Source: a virus. From it: DNA of 64,000 bases. The stretch covers positions 1 to 64,000 of IMG/VR virus record IMGVR_UViG_3300021963_000027. One strand, written 5' to 3'. The notes beneath the pieces are model-generated. The model was not told where the DNA came from and made no database searches. It saw nothing but the letters and a program-made list of their open reading frames with translations. This document shows, piece by piece, positions 36,274 to 45,987 of the stretch (positions within the stretch are counted from its first letter, which is position 1; each line of letters opens with the position of its first letter). A program made the position numbers and the translations under genes.

Positions 36274-36558
36274 ATGGAAAATATCAAATTTATTAATAAC
36301 GATGAGTGGTCTGGTTGTTTTGTGAATAATAATCACCCACCTTACAAATCAAATCCATTGCATCAATATACCTATACTGGAAGTGTGGAGGGTAATAATA
36401 TTGTATTTTATCAATTATACGAACACACATTTCTCTACGAAGAAATAATGCTTTATAAAATTCTTCGATGGGAACCAATTTCGGTGAAAAGACATTGCGT
36501 GTCAATGCTTCGAAATGTCATCGATGGTTTGAATGCTTGTACAGAATTTAAAAACTAG
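36274..36558 (+). CDS. hypothetical protein
   Basis: Motif-bounded. Confidence 0.75.
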   Translation: MENIKFINNDEWSGCFVNNNHPPYKSNPLHQYTYTGSVEGNNIVFYQLYEHTFLYEEIMLYKILRWEPISVKRHCVSMLRNVIDGLNACTEFKN

Positions 36559-36572
36559 AATACACTTGAGAC

Positions 36573-37331
36573 ATGACAAATAACCTTGCTACCATCGCCA
36601 AAGCATTCCGTCACAACACTGGTAAGTCTTTTCTTGACTCTGGTGATCACTATGGTCGTCACTATGAAAAACCTCCCATTACTGATGAGACTCCATTGGT
36701 GTCTATTGATACATGGAGAACGGAAATCACTGCCACAATCGACACTGCTCGCTTTCTGGCTGAAACCTGTAAAGTCGATACTGAACTTCAAAATCAATTT
36801 GATAAGTGGGTTGAACTGGAAGAGAATTCTGAATTGAATTGGTTCGAAGCGGGAGAGACATTTGCTACAGAAGTGTTAGGTCTAACACAATTGGCGAGAG
36901 ACAATACTTACAATGGTGAGAATGATTTATCTCAAACGTATGTTTGGGAAGTCTATGCCGATGAGGATGATGGTGATTGGATTTACAATGACGATGCTCT
37001 GATGGTCGTCTATGCTCACACTGGTTGCGATGTACGCGGTGGTTATGCTTATCCCTTGTTCCTACGATGCCAAGGGGATTATTCGATTCCCATGGATTTG
37101 GTAGCTGAATTTTTCATCACCGATGCTCGTTTGAATGGTGAAGACTTGGAAGACGAAGCATGTCGATCATTGGATGAACAATGGCAATGTGGCTATACTT
37201 CCAATCCTGCTTACCATATGTCCAAGGACATTGAGCGCGTATTTGAATTCACCAAGACAGTGAACACGGTGGTCGTGAAGCTGACAAGCGGTGAGATTGT
37301 CAGAATCATGGCAGGAGCAAGAACATATTAA
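36573..37331 (+). CDS. hypothetical protein
   Basis: Leaderless; LDSGDHYGRH, HTGCDVRGGY. Confidence 0.85.
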   Translation: MTNNLATIAKAFRHNTGKSFLDSGDHYGRHYEKPPITDETPLVSIDTWRTEITATIDTARFLAETCKVDTELQNQFDKWVELEENSELNWFEAGETFATEVLGLTQLARDNTYNGENDLSQTYVWEVYADEDDGDWIYNDDALMVVYAHTGCDVRGGYAYPLFLRCQGDYSIPMDLVAEFFITDARLNGEDLEDEACRSLDEQWQCGYTSNPAYHMSKDIERVFEFTKTVNTVVVKLTSGEIVRIMAGARTY

Positions 37332-37353
37332 AAAACTAGATTAAAATTTGGAC

Positions 37354-37551
37354 ATGATGAAGATCGTCAAACTCGACATGGAGTATGTCAATAAAGGAAC
37401 TCCAATGCATGAACTACCCGTTATCTTTAAAGGTAATTCAAAACAATGTAAGGGTATGTTGTTACGCTATCAATTTGTTAAAGAGAGTAATCTCTATGGA
37501 GGTTACTGGAACGATGAAGAAGGAAACAGTTATTTTATTTTACCCTCATGA
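37354..37551 (+). CDS. hypothetical protein
   Basis: Leaderless. Confidence 0.75.
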   Translation: MMKIVKLDMEYVNKGTPMHELPVIFKGNSKQCKGMLLRYQFVKESNLYGGYWNDEEGNSYFILPS

Positions 37552-37802
37552 ATGATCTTACTTTACGTATGAATAATCTTGCACGATATGTGAAATGCCC
37601 GATCTACATTGATTACTATACTCATGATAGTTGTGATTGTTACAAGATCGATGTACCATATACTACATATGCCAAAGAAACACGGGTTTTGTGTCGAGTC
37701 GATGAAGGTATCGAACTGGCAAGACAACGAGCAAAACAAATTTTGTTTAACAGAATTGAAGAATCTCTCACCTTAAATCCAATTGAAAGTTATGAACGAT
37801 GA
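37548..37802 (+). CDS. hypothetical protein
   Basis: ATGA-coupled. Confidence 0.75.
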   Translation: MNDLTLRMNNLARYVKCPIYIDYYTHDSCDCYKIDVPYTTYAKETRVLCRVDEGIELARQRAKQILFNRIEESLTLNPIESYER

Positions 37803-38007
37803 TGATTTAGATATGTTTCGCGCCATTGCGAACGAATGTGATTATGATGAATGTGTTTTGATCATGGAGGATTGTTTGGAATCTGATTCGGAAATCATGC
37901 GAACATCTGTGTATGAAATCTATAAAAGTAGGCTTAGATATTTGAAGGATTTGGAGGATGAACTTGAATACTACGAATATCTTAGCGAATCAGGAAATTG
38001 GGATTAA
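37792..38007 (+). CDS. acidic hypothetical protein
   Basis: ORF. Confidence 0.7.
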   Translation: MNDDDLDMFRAIANECDYDECVLIMEDCLESDSEIMRTSVYEIYKSRLRYLKDLEDELEYYEYLSESGNWD

Positions 38008-38028
38008 AAACTAAAACATAATTAAGCC

Positions 38029-38172
38029 ATGAAATACATTCTAACAAAACGCTGCCCTGATGGTCAAATCGTAATTGTGCATCTCGCATCTGAACAGGAA
38101 CTCAAATTTCATCTTACTGGTATGTGGCATCACACCACTGGTTACGAAATCATTTCCATCGTCAAAGCATAA
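38029..38172 (+). CDS. hypothetical protein (47 aa)
   Basis: Leaderless. Confidence 0.65.
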   Translation: MKYILTKRCPDGQIVIVHLASEQELKFHLTGMWHHTTGYEIISIVKA

Positions 38173-38176
38173 TCCT

Positions 38177-38389
38177 ATGAAAAGACTCACTAAAGAAGAA
38201 ATAGAACGATTTGCCAATGCATCCACAAACAAAGATGCTGTGTGGAATTTCCTTGGCACTGCTCATCACTGTGGTAATTATGTCAATGCGATTGCCAATC
38301 TGTTAGACGATGCGGCACTGTATGGTTGGAACAATTTGACTGTGATGGCAATCTATGAGGGATTGAAATACGCAAATTTAAAAAACTAG
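38177..38389 (+). CDS. hypothetical protein
   Basis: Ends LKN*. Confidence 0.75.
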   Translation: MKRLTKEEIERFANASTNKDAVWNFLGTAHHCGNYVNAIANLLDDAALYGWNNLTVMAIYEGLKYANLKN

Positions 38390-38403
38390 AATATACTTGG
38401 GAC

Positions 38404-38604
38404 ATGAACATTACAGCAGAAGCAGGAGAATCGGTGTTTAATTTAGCAAAGAGAGCCATACAAGAAGCAGCATATAAAAACATTGCAATTGGGATGACTC
38501 ATAATGGAGATACTGTATCGGTTTATCCAGAAAGTCATATTCATGATATTCTTGAAAAAATGCATTATCTTCGGGAGTATAAAAGATTAAAAACTAGAGC
38601 ATAA
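38404..38604 (+). CDS. hypothetical protein
   Basis: Leaderless. Confidence 0.8.
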   Translation: MNITAEAGESVFNLAKRAIQEAAYKNIAIGMTHNGDTVSVYPESHIHDILEKMHYLREYKRLKTRA

Positions 38605-38611
38605 TCAGGAT

Positions 38612-38758
38612 ATGATAGTTGAAAACAATCCAATCGATGGTAGTATTCAAATTACTACGATTAAATTCAATCGTCTGATTACCCGAACATACTTCGACTT
38701 CACGCATGACGAAGCAGTTGCGGCATTCGATGAATATCTCAAATCTCTAAAAAAATGA
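38612..38758 (+). CDS. hypothetical protein (48 aa)
   Basis: Leaderless. Confidence 0.65.
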   Translation: MIVENNPIDGSIQITTIKFNRLITRTYFDFTHDEAVAAFDEYLKSLKK

Positions 38759-38970
38759 AAATTAAATTTATACCAGCAAAGGAATATCCGAAAGAATCGG
38801 GGCAATATTTATGGAAATCTTGCTTTGGGGATGTTATGCTTGTGAATGTTCGCAAGTTGTCTTCTGAATTTGGCTATGGGGACTGGTTTGGAGTATCTGA
38901 ATTCGGGGGTAAGAATGTTGAGAGATACAATGCGAATCAATTCAGTGAGAAAGTAGAATTTGAACAATGA
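38755..38970 (+). CDS. hypothetical protein
   Basis: ATGA-coupled. Confidence 0.75.
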   Translation: MKIKFIPAKEYPKESGQYLWKSCFGDVMLVNVRKLSSEFGYGDWFGVSEFGGKNVERYNANQFSEKVEFEQ

Positions 38971-39164
38971 AAGACAAATTTACAACCCAAGAAGTGTGGC
39001 GATACGTGGAAGGATTCATGTCTACCCAATCGAATAGTCAAGAGCTATCCATGAATGAAATCCTTGCCATGTTGAAAAATGCGTTGGCATGTATCGAAGA
39101 TGGTGATGATGGTCTTGTTGCTTATCTTGATCGCATGGAATACTACAAAAATTTAAAAAACTAG
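38967..39164 (+). CDS. hypothetical protein
   Basis: Ends LKN*. Confidence 0.75.
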   Translation: MKDKFTTQEVWRYVEGFMSTQSNSQELSMNEILAMLKNALACIEDGDDGLVAYLDRMEYYKNLKN

Positions 39165-39178
39165 ACTACACTTGGGAC

Positions 39179-39727
39179 ATGACAACGACACGAAAAGTAA
39201 TCGAATCAATCGATCTTGAAAAACATGGGAAAGAAGTCCATGGAAATGAGGATCTTTGTAATGTGTTTGGTATCTACGAATACTTACATTTTGATGATAG
39301 AATCAAAATGGTGTTTGTTCGCCCTCATCTTTGCACAGACTCTTGGGTTGGTGTTAGAGCATACTTTCTTGATGGAGAATTCGTAGCAATCTCCACACAA
39401 GTTGGTCGAAAATGGGATGAAGAATTTAAATTCGTTTCCAACGAAGCGGCAATGAAAGTTAAAGATTATGTATTGTCTTTCGTAGAAGAACCTCGATACG
39501 ATATTAGCATTGCTGATGATCTGGATGTCGAAATTGATGATTTTTATACCGTTGAGTATGCTGAACAAATTCTACACAAGCATGGTGTATATCAAGGAGA
39601 ACGTGTTGCAATCAAACGCAAGCATAGAAATTGGAATGATTTGCACACTGCAACAATTATGCTGAATGTGAAAGAATGTGATGTGGATTGTCGCGAAATT
39701 CAATTGGCTTACGTCGATCTTTCTTAA
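39179..39727 (+). CDS. hypothetical protein
   Basis: Leaderless. Confidence 0.85.
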   Translation: MTTTRKVIESIDLEKHGKEVHGNEDLCNVFGIYEYLHFDDRIKMVFVRPHLCTDSWVGVRAYFLDGEFVAISTQVGRKWDEEFKFVSNEAAMKVKDYVLSFVEEPRYDISIADDLDVEIDDFYTVEYAEQILHKHGVYQGERVAIKRKHRNWNDLHTATIMLNVKECDVDCREIQLAYVDLS

Positions 39728-39749
39728 AAAACTAGAATATACTTGGGAC

Positions 39750-40091
39750 ATGACAGGACGGGACATGACAGGAGAACAAAATGAATTCATTAACAATCAT
39801 TTCTTCAAAAATTATGATAATCATGGTTGGGATAATATCGCACGGAAGCTTATCAAAGATGGGAAATGTATTGTAGCGGGAAATAGTAAACTTTGGCATG
39901 GTGGTATTGGAAACTTTATCAAATGCGCCCCTGCTGAAAATGCCATTGGTTGTTCTCTATTGACTTTCGATAAAGAATCTTTTTTACAATCAGCATGGTT
40001 CAAAGAACAAGTAGGATACTATCTCAAAGAATTGACACATCAAATTGATTCTTTACAAGATGAGCGATACGCAATCACGAATCTACTTTAA
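39750..40091 (+). CDS. hypothetical protein
   Basis: Leaderless (track start 39678 crosses motif). Confidence 0.8.
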   Translation: MTGRDMTGEQNEFINNHFFKNYDNHGWDNIARKLIKDGKCIVAGNSKLWHGGIGNFIKCAPAENAIGCSLLTFDKESFLQSAWFKEQVGYYLKELTHQIDSLQDERYAITNLL

Positions 40092-40113
40092 AAAACTAGA
40101 ATATACTTGGGAC

Positions 40114-40284
40114 ATGACGAGAGACGAATTACTACCAATCATTGAAAAGATGGAACAATACGGTGGAAGCTTTGCGAAATCGCTGGCAGTTGCCATGCGT
40201 TATGCTGATTCAAACAATCTTCAACGTATTGTGAATGCCTTCCCCGAAATGATTAAAAGCTACTCAGAATTTTTAAAAAACTAA
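40114..40284 (+). CDS. hypothetical protein
   Basis: Leaderless; YGGSFAKSLA..ADSNN. Confidence 0.8.
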   Translation: MTRDELLPIIEKMEQYGGSFAKSLAVAMRYADSNNLQRIVNAFPEMIKSYSEFLKN

Positions 40285-40298
40285 ATTAGAATAATAAC

Positions 40299-40595
40299 AT
40301 GAACATCGACAACATCGAAAAAGCATTATTTATCAAACAAAGAATTGACAATAACAACATCGCAATTAAAAAAATTGATTCTCTACTCGCGAAATATCCT
40401 AATGGAAACTCCGATGGTAAGTCATTTAATGGAGATGGTAAAATTTACGCTCTTTATTTGGGAGAGTATAAAGATGGTAGTGGAATTTCGATTGAACTTA
40501 CTGGTTCATTGATTCAAACCCAATTATTGGAAAATGCGATGCGATTATTGGAAGCTCAAATCGAAAATGATATCAAAATTATCGAATCTCTATAA
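40299..40595 (+). CDS. hypothetical protein
   Basis: Leaderless. Confidence 0.8.
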   Translation: MNIDNIEKALFIKQRIDNNNIAIKKIDSLLAKYPNGNSDGKSFNGDGKIYALYLGEYKDGSGISIELTGSLIQTQLLENAMRLLEAQIENDIKIIESL

Positions 40596-40618
40596 AAACT
40601 AGAATACACTAAAAGCAC

Positions 40619-40753
40619 ATGAAATACATATATCGAATCTGGAACTTCTTCTCTCCCCCTGCCACTCCCACCTATGGTTGGAAAATCCTTGAACAACGGT
40701 CTTGGCTTGAAAAACAAGTGCAAGAAGAATTACTGAAACGCCGCGAATACTAA
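40619..40753 (+). CDS. hypothetical protein (44 aa)
   Basis: After M-promoter. Confidence 0.65.
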   Translation: MKYIYRIWNFFSPPATPTYGWKILEQRSWLEKQVQEELLKRREY

Positions 40754-40754
40754 T

Positions 40755-41072
40755 ATGACAATCGCTCAACAATTAAAGATTAAAGAATTCCCATTCAGCA
40801 TCAAAGATTCCAAAGGTAATGTGATTTACTTCGAGAACTCCGATGGATATTGGATTAAACGTGAATACGATTCCAATGGTAATCGGATTTACTACGAGGA
40901 CTCTGATGGAGGTTGGATTAAGCGTGAATACGATTCTGATGGTAAAGAGATTTACTACGAATCTTCTTTCGGAACAGTCATTGATAATCGTCCCAAGACA
41001 GAAATCCAGAAAGCAATTGAACTTCTCACGAAAGAAGGGTTGATCGTGGATGGTAAGATTTTAAAAAACTAG
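40755..41072 (+). CDS. 21-aa-repeat family paralog C (3 units)
   Basis: Same family. Confidence 0.9.
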   Translation: MTIAQQLKIKEFPFSIKDSKGNVIYFENSDGYWIKREYDSNGNRIYYEDSDGGWIKREYDSDGKEIYYESSFGTVIDNRPKTEIQKAIELLTKEGLIVDGKILKN

Positions 41073-41086
41073 AGTATAATCAACAC

Positions 41087-41278
41087 ATGAACAAACCATA
41101 TTTATATCAGGCAGGTTACTCCCTTGACACCGTAGAGGCTGGAAAATGCCAAATCCGAACCACGGACATTCGTGGGAATACTGTGAAATTGTCAGGCTGG
41201 TTTAAAGATGACAAGGCAGCACAAAAAGAGTTAATACGCCGCCAACGTGAATTTGGCAGCGCATACGGTTGCCGATAA
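41087..41278 (+). CDS. hypothetical protein
   Basis: Leaderless. Confidence 0.75.
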   Translation: MNKPYLYQAGYSLDTVEAGKCQIRTTDIRGNTVKLSGWFKDDKAAQKELIRRQREFGSAYGCR

Positions 41279-41300
41279 AAAACTAGAGTATAATAACGAC

Positions 41301-41528
41301 ATGGTAACTAATGAACATTTGATTCAATGGGCAAAACACAGATGTGCAAGCGAAAATAGTTCTCCTGAATACCAACTATTTGCTGAAATCACCGCACGAT
41401 ATGAAGCGTCTTTAGAAATGTTGGATATTGTTTCTCGACATTGTTTGATGTTTAGTAATGATCGCAAGATTTTCATGGAAAATCTTATAATTTGGGCTAA
41501 AAAATATAATAATATACCAGATGCCTAA
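41301..41528 (+). CDS. hypothetical protein
   Basis: Leaderless. Confidence 0.75.
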   Translation: MVTNEHLIQWAKHRCASENSSPEYQLFAEITARYEASLEMLDIVSRHCLMFSNDRKIFMENLIIWAKKYNNIPDA

Positions 41529-41644
41529 GATTAAAGTCTATCTCGATACAAACCAAGCTAAGGGATTCCCAATCTCTGAAAAGAATCGTAAGCGGTCTTT
41601 TTTCACTAGACTTTTACGAAAGATTTGGTAAGTATCATAATAAT

Positions 41645-41739
41645 AAGGGTGTACCAGTACGCACTTCTAATGCGTGGACGTTTAAATATACTGTAATTGG
41701 ATATGTCCTATGTAGGTTCGAATCCTATCATCCTTGCCA
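41645..41739 (+). tRNA. atypical tRNA-Arg(TCT)-like RNA, no D-arm, 36-nt variable region
   Basis: Acceptor AAGGGTG/CATCCTT+GCCA; ACGCA-CTTCTAA-TGCGT; GTAGG-TTCGAAT-CCTAT. Confidence 0.65.
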
Positions 41740-42655
41740 CTTTTCTAATGAAATAACCTCTTGGTGGGTAATCTATAATACCATATGATTTACACCACTT
41801 TCTAACAGCATTATCTGATATATTATATTTCTTTCCTATTTTTGTGAATGGTAATTCCCATAGTAAATTCTCCAATTCTTCTTTACTAGGTTTTATTCGA
41901 TGTGAATATTGTTTGATCGCAGAACATCGTTTACACCTATAAGACGTTTTGGATATATCAACACCGCAATCTAAACACTTTTTAACCACTTTGTTTTTTG
42001 GAACATAATTGAAGTAATCAAATTCAACTTTAACATTCGCATTTGATAACTTATCTATAAAATCACTCCACTTATCTAAATTAAAACATGCTGAATAATG
42101 AATCTCATATACATCCCATCCACTAAATTCTAACAAATCATGTCTTTCCTGATAGTAAGCTTTCAATGTTCCATCTCTTTCATAATGTTGATTACCATTG
42201 ATTTCTAAAGCTATCATCTTATCGGGTAATGCTATATCAATTGAAAAAGCTCTCCCATTAATCTCTGGTTGATATTCTTCTATAAATGGTATATTCAATT
42301 GAGATAGAAATTCTTTCACTTTCTCACAAGGTTTTGATTTGAACTTGTCTTTATTTCTCCATGGATGTTTATCGGGATTATCTTTCAACCATTGCTTTCT
42401 CTTCTCTGATAGATTCCTTTTTGTTTCCTCTGTATGTTTTTTTCTTATGTTGATATTTTCATTGACGATGAATAATTTTTGTTCTCTCGCATTTTTAAGT
42501 GCTGCATATGGTAATTTATATTCCTTCCTTAATTTAGACATTGTAACGCCTCTATCGTGTAACTCTTGAATATGATTCCAGTCGTATCTATCTTCTAATT
42601 TACCCCATCGCAACTCATTCATGATTTTTGCTCTATCTTTATCAATCGAACTCAT
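41708..42655 (-). CDS. PD-(D/E)XK (DUF559/Vsr-like) endonuclease with NUMOD3-like, Zn-ribbon and HTH parts
   Basis: FSIDIALPDKMIALEINGNQHY; CLDCG..CKRC; TAAATA 5 nt upstream of ATG 42655. Confidence 0.8.
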   Translation of the reverse strand: MSSIDKDRAKIMNELRWGKLEDRYDWNHIQELHDRGVTMSKLRKEYKLPYAALKNAREQKLFIVNENINIRKKHTEETKRNLSEKRKQWLKDNPDKHPWRNKDKFKSKPCEKVKEFLSQLNIPFIEEYQPEINGRAFSIDIALPDKMIALEINGNQHYERDGTLKAYYQERHDLLEFSGWDVYEIHYSACFNLDKWSDFIDKLSNANVKVEFDYFNYVPKNKVVKKCLDCGVDISKTSYRCKRCSAIKQYSHRIKPSKEELENLLWELPFTKIGKKYNISDNAVRKWCKSYGIIDYPPRGYFIRKVARMIGFEPT

Positions 42656-42748
42656 ATTATTATTTATCTCCAATGTTAATATTTTTGCTCTATCCAATAA
42701 ATAAAGATATTGACTAATTAAAAAACTAGAATACACTTTTCATACAAT

Positions 42749-42820
42749 GCGCTTGTAGCTAATTGGTCTAGCGATCTGCTCATAACGGATGGCAAGCAGG
42801 TTCGATTCCTGTCGGGCGCA
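42749..42820 (+). tRNA. tRNA-Met/Ile2 (CAT)
   Basis: Cloverleaf, ATCTG-CTCATAA-CGGAT; no encoded CCA. Confidence 0.85.
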
Positions 42821-42854
42821 TCAACTTTTTAAAAAACTAGAATACAATCAACAC

Positions 42855-43109
42855 ATGACAATCGCCAAACAATTAAAGATTAAAGAATTCCCATTCATCA
42901 TCAAAGATTCTAATGGTGAAGGGATTTACCGTGAGGACTCTGATGGATATTGGGAGAAGATAGAACGAAATTCAAAGGGTAAAGTGATTTTCTTCAAAAA
43001 CTCCAATGGAACAATCTATGATAATCGTCCCAAGACAGATGTTCAGAAAGCCATTGAACTTCTCACGAAAGAAGGATTGATCGTGGATGGTAAGATTTTA
43101 AAAAACTAG
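42855..43109 (+). CDS. 21-aa-repeat family paralog D (2 units)
   Basis: Same family; leaderless. Confidence 0.9.
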   Translation: MTIAKQLKIKEFPFIIKDSNGEGIYREDSDGYWEKIERNSKGKVIFFKNSNGTIYDNRPKTDVQKAIELLTKEGLIVDGKILKN

Positions 43110-43123
43110 AATACAATCATAAC

Positions 43124-43504
43124 ATGACAATCGCCAAACAATTAAAGATTAAAGAATTCCCATTTGAAATCAACGATTCCAAGGGTGATCGGATTTACTG
43201 GGAGGACTCTGATGGATATTGGATTAAACGTGAATACGATTCCAATGGTAATATGATTTACTGGGAGAACTCTGATGGACTTTGTGAGAAGCGTGGATAC
43301 GATTCCAAAGGTAATGAGATTTACGTAGAGTATTCCAACGGAAGTTGGGAGAAGCGTGAATACGATTCCAAGAGTAATCAGATTTACTACGAGGACTCTG
43401 ATGGCTTGATCGTTGATAATCGTCCCAAGACAGATGTTCAGAAAGCAATTGAACTTCTCACGAAAGAAGGGTTGATCGTAGATGGTAAGATTTTAAAAAA
43501 CTAG
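43124..43504 (+). CDS. 21-aa-repeat family paralog E (4 units)
   Basis: Same family; leaderless. Confidence 0.9.
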   Translation: MTIAKQLKIKEFPFEINDSKGDRIYWEDSDGYWIKREYDSNGNMIYWENSDGLCEKRGYDSKGNEIYVEYSNGSWEKREYDSKSNQIYYEDSDGLIVDNRPKTDVQKAIELLTKEGLIVDGKILKN

Positions 43505-43518
43505 AATACAATCAACAC

Positions 43519-43698
43519 ATGACAACTCAAGAAATAGACTCATTGGAAAGCACATTTGATAGCGTGGCATCTGAAATTCTCGATACTCTACGTGATCATC
43601 CTGACTATGTTTCGATTAAAGTTAAATTTGATTCAATGCAAACGATGATGCAGAAAGCTATCGGAGAAAAATTTCCTGATAGTTGGATGGCAAAATAA
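43519..43698 (+). CDS. hypothetical protein (59 aa)
   Basis: Leaderless. Confidence 0.7.
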   Translation: MTTQEIDSLESTFDSVASEILDTLRDHPDYVSIKVKFDSMQTMMQKAIGEKFPDSWMAK

Positions 43699-43720
43699 AA
43701 AACTAAAATACACTTACAAT

Positions 43721-43879
43721 ATGTTCAAAATACTCGGTTCAGGCGTTGGCGGAATTTCTTCTGCTCTTATCACAGGTGGAAATTGCTTCCAATCAACTTA
43801 TCACTTCGGCGTGTTCATCGCATTCCTTTTTGTGGGTATGGTGTTGGGTATTATTGCTGATATAGTAATTGAAAACTAA
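43721..43879 (+). CDS. small membrane protein
   Basis: Leaderless. Confidence 0.7.
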   Translation: MFKILGSGVGGISSALITGGNCFQSTYHFGVFIAFLFVGMVLGIIADIVIEN

Positions 43880-43885
43880 AATACT

Positions 43886-44242
43886 ATGGGATTATTCAGT
43901 TGGAAAACACAAGACACAGATCGCTCAATTCCCTGCGAGGGAGCAAGCAGACCTACTTTCAAAGTGGTGATGCATGACAACAACGGTAAAAAATGGATTG
44001 AAGATTGTTATGAGGGTTACGGTGTTTTTGGAGGAAAGGATTACTACGAACTTCTAGCAGAAATGAATGGAGAAGAACGGAGTGATCCCGAATTGGCAAG
44101 AGCAAAAGGTATCAACATCGCATATGGTAAAAACCCATTCATTGCGCCCAACCTAACAGAAACCGAGGATTGAGAATGGATTGACGAGGAACCTGAAAAT
44201 TGTGAATATCAAGGGTATTTCTACGATGACGAAGATTTTTAA
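43886..44242 (+). pseudogene. hypothetical gene interrupted by in-frame TGA at 44171
   Basis: Frame continues EWIDEEPENCEYQGYFYD after TGA. Confidence 0.5.
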
Positions 44243-44267
44243 TTAAAAACTAATATATCATAATAAC

Positions 44268-44429
44268 ATGCAACCTATCATCAAGCTTATTATAGCACCT
44301 TCAATTTATTGCGTATTGTCAATCATTCATGCGATTGTTGACACTCCATACAATTTCCAAAATGTTGCGCTGACAATCATTCTATCAATCGTGGTGTTTT
44401 TGGCTATTGATAAAATCTTTGGGAATTAA
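44268..44429 (+). CDS. small membrane protein
   Basis: Leaderless. Confidence 0.7.
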   Translation: MQPIIKLIIAPSIYCVLSIIHAIVDTPYNFQNVALTIILSIVVFLAIDKIFGN

Positions 44430-44451
44430 AAAACTAGAATACACTGATACC

Positions 44452-44598
44452 ATGGACACTATTGATACTATCATTAAAAAAATCGATCTTATTGAAGAAC
44501 AAACCATCAATCTTATCAAAGAGCGTGACGAGTGGAAACGCATGTATTACGAGTTGAAACAAGAATGTGAGGAGACGATCAAAGCTTTTAAAAACTAG
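44452..44598 (+). CDS. small coiled-coil protein
   Basis: Leaderless, ends FKN*. Confidence 0.7.
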   Translation: MDTIDTIIKKIDLIEEQTINLIKERDEWKRMYYELKQECEETIKAFKN

Positions 44599-44612
44599 AA
44601 TACAATTGAGAC

Positions 44613-44984
44613 ATGCGATTCAATAACACCGCAGAATTCCCTCAGTGGGTCAAGGATTACAAAGACTCACAGAATACCTATCCAACAGGGTATCAAGAAA
44701 TTGCCAACGCATTGAAGGTCAAGGGTAACGAAATGGCTAAAAAATGGCGTGGTGTTGGCTTGAAAGAAATGCCTTTCACACGATGTGAAGTTGACAACAA
44801 GTTGGGATGTGATTACGATACGTATGATTCTTATCAAGTCTTTTGCGCATCCAAAGGTTCTCGCCCATCAGAGTGGGATCATCTGCATGATTCTGATGAT
44901 CAGTATGACTTTTGCCGAACTGGTTACTTCGAAGAGGCACAAATCGGAGAGTGGTATCTGGTAGTGGGATTTGATTTTGATTAA
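44613..44984 (+). CDS. hypothetical protein
   Basis: Leaderless. Confidence 0.8.
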   Translation: MRFNNTAEFPQWVKDYKDSQNTYPTGYQEIANALKVKGNEMAKKWRGVGLKEMPFTRCEVDNKLGCDYDTYDSYQVFCASKGSRPSEWDHLHDSDDQYDFCRTGYFEEAQIGEWYLVVGFDFD

Positions 44985-45008
44985 AAAACTAGACTAATAT
45001 AAACGCAT

Positions 45009-45296
45009 ATGGAATACGAACTTATACAAGTAGCTTACGACACAAAACAACGGATTGAGCGAAATTCAAAATTACACTCTCTGTTACTGGAGAGAGTCAA
45101 TCAAGGTGAGCAATTCCCACCTACGGAGAAAAATCATCAATTTGGACAAGACTTTGGTTATCTATCAATTGGCGATGGTTTTAATTTTCAGATTGGTTTC
45201 GCCTCAACAGGATGTAACAAAGCAATCATCGACGCAATTCTGGATATTCTGGAGAAGAAAGTGGCAGAAGACAAGGAATTCATCGAAAATATTTAA
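45009..45296 (+). CDS. hypothetical protein
   Basis: Motif-bounded. Confidence 0.8.
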   Translation: MEYELIQVAYDTKQRIERNSKLHSLLLERVNQGEQFPPTEKNHQFGQDFGYLSIGDGFNFQIGFASTGCNKAIIDAILDILEKKVAEDKEFIENI

Positions 45297-45318
45297 AAAA
45301 CTAGAATACAATTGAGCC

Positions 45319-45540
45319 ATGACATTACAAGAACATATCGCTTACCAAGAAGACAAGATTGATCGCCTTTATGAGCAGTATTATCAGACTCAGGGTTATA
45401 TTCACAAAGAAACAAGTATCAATTCTCATTTGAAAGCGGGAACTTTATTGGAATTGGTGAAACAACTCTATTCTTTAGAGATTGAGTTACGCTCTGCCAT
45501 TGACACTCGCATGACACTTATCAATATTAAAAGCAATTAA
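45319..45540 (+). CDS. hypothetical protein
   Basis: Leaderless. Confidence 0.8.
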   Translation: MTLQEHIAYQEDKIDRLYEQYYQTQGYIHKETSINSHLKAGTLLELVKQLYSLEIELRSAIDTRMTLINIKSN

Positions 45541-45562
45541 AAAACTAGAATACAATTTACAC

Positions 45563-45958
45563 ATGAACTTTATAATTCTTACAAAAACAAAAGTCGAAAA
45601 ATTCACAGCAATTCAACTCATCCACAAATTTACAGGAGCGGAATTGGATGTATATACCAACGAAGAAGTTGGGGATATGTGGATGAGTTTTCCATATTTG
45701 AAAATCGACGAACACGAAAAGGTTGTCAATGCATACAGCGATGATCAAGGATTGGAAGTTCTGGTATGGGAGACGCAATTGAATGAAATCGTTGAAAGAC
45801 TCACTGTCTTGAATGATAATACTATCGAGGATTTTGCTGGTAACAAAGTGGAAATCACGAAATCAGGAATTCTAATCGGAAATGAAAAAGTTTCATTTGA
45901 AAAGTTTGAAGAACTGGCAAAAAAGGTTGAAAAATTCCTAAGCTCGACAAAAGCTTAA
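45563..45958 (+). CDS. hypothetical protein
   Basis: Leaderless. Confidence 0.8.
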   Translation: MNFIILTKTKVEKFTAIQLIHKFTGAELDVYTNEEVGDMWMSFPYLKIDEHEKVVNAYSDDQGLEVLVWETQLNEIVERLTVLNDNTIEDFAGNKVEITKSGILIGNEKVSFEKFEELAKKVEKFLSSTKA

Positions 45959-45987
45959 TTAAAAAACTAGATTACAATTATACCATC

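Noticed and set aside
8806-44451. ORF-track N-terminal extensions containing KKLEY/KKLDY (e.g. 2795, 8806, 16800, 29470, 39678, 40045, 41247, 42789, 44407)
   Set aside because: They translate the promoter motif; the downstream ATG at +1 is the better start
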